Below, piece by piece: positions 63,364 through 64,000 of a stretch of 64,000 bases of DNA (its first letter is position 1; the number at the start of each line of letters is the position of its first letter). This DNA comes from Clostridia bacterium. Lineage in GTDB: Bacteria > Bacillota > Clostridia > Christensenellales > UBA1242. The stretch spans positions 1,546 to 65,545 of the forward strand of contig JAFSVR010000005.1 in assembly GCA_017444895.1 (NCBI GenBank). Direction: 5' to 3'. Below the pieces are notes generated by a model, which saw only the letters and a program-made list of their open reading frames with translations, searched no databases and was not told the origin of the DNA. The translations under genes were made by a program, and so were the position numbers.

Positions 63364-63960
63364 TTAAAGCACAATATTTTTTGGAAGGACAATTTCGTAA
63401 TATCCTTGTTTTGCTTTGCACAGTGGACATTCGTCTGGCGCTTCTTTCCCGGTAACAACATGCCCGCAAGACGAGCAAACCCAGCGATTTTCGCCATCTT
63501 TTTTATATAGAGTGCCGCTAGAGAGTTCTTTGTGTAGCCATTCAAATAATTTTTTATGGTTGAGTTCAACGCTTCGTATTTGCTCAAATAGTGTGGCGAC
63601 GTCATCAAAACCTTCTTCCTGTGCTGTTTTTATAAACTTTGCATAGGCTCTTGCTTCATCTGCTTCATCTTCAGCAAGTAGTTTTATGTTGTCGAGCAGG
63701 TCCCATTTTTCCTTAAAAGGCAGGCTTGTGTCAATGTTGATATTGCTGATTTCCTCATTTGAGGCACTTTGCAGTTTTGTGTATAGCATTCGCGCGTGGT
63801 TAAATTCTTGAAAAGCAACTTTATCAATTATGCTTGCAAGAGCATTTTGTCCGTTATATCTTGCTCCATATTCAACAAATTCGTAACGAGTTCGTGCGCT
63901 ACACTCGGCGGTGTAGGCCTTTGCAAGATTTAAGTATGTTTTGCTATTTTTTAGTTTCAT
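63364..63960 (-). CDS. Rubrerythrin-family protein
   Basis: Ferritin-like N-terminus (ARTRYEF, EFNHARM, EARAY, ELNHKKL) and C-terminal CSSCGH..CPLCKA. SD is GGAGGT. Confidence 0.85.
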   Translation of the reverse strand: MKLKNSKTYLNLAKAYTAECSARTRYEFVEYGARYNGQNALASIIDKVAFQEFNHARMLYTKLQSASNEEISNINIDTSLPFKEKWDLLDNIKLLAEDEADEARAYAKFIKTAQEEGFDDVATLFEQIRSVELNHKKLFEWLHKELSSGTLYKKDGENRWVCSSCGHVVTGKEAPDECPLCKAKQGYYEIVLPKNIVL

Positions 63961-64000
63961 ATTATAATACCTCCACTTCTTAATGATGCCAGAAGGTTGC

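Overview
This is an AT-rich, tightly packed chromosomal segment that looks like a low-GC Gram-positive (Bacillota, Clostridia-like) genome. It holds about 60 CDS and 3 tRNAs, and almost all of it is housekeeping. Recognisable blocks are: mrnC-rlmB-sigH-dnaX-ybaB-recR; a glycerol block (lipase-like hydrolase and glpK, diverging from a three-gene G3P-dehydrogenase-like operon whose middle gene is frameshifted); lysC-dapA; DnaD-like/dnaI; sbcDC; rlmH and tadA; glmU-like-pth-mfd-prsA-like; pyk; dusB; and two rubrerythrins. I saw no rRNA, CRISPR array, integrase, transposase, phage genes or recognisable defence system, so I cannot point to a clear-cut novel multi-gene system. The observations most worth a second look are these. 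(1) A tandem array next to tRNA-Arg(UCG) reiterates the tRNA 3' end plus its trailer three times, and the trailer is 13-nt antisense to the tRNA's own variable-loop/T-stem. (2) A '-10 box, 6-8 nt, ATG, no SD' layout recurs at seven or more transcription-unit starts, which suggests frequent leaderless mRNAs. (3) A GT8/PlsC-type acyltransferase fusion is translationally coupled to a CrtO-like membrane acyltransferase. (4) A GlmU homolog in the conserved glmU-pth-mfd locus lacks both catalytic signatures. (5) SbcC has no CxxC zinc hook. (6) A 422-nt ORF-free spacer with repeated modules and palindromes lies upstream of a membrane-tethered XRE/zinc-ribbon regulator. (7) A 7-kb run of envelope proteins without enzymatic motifs includes one gene behind a perfect consensus promoter. 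All functional calls come from motif recognition by eye; no database search was possible.
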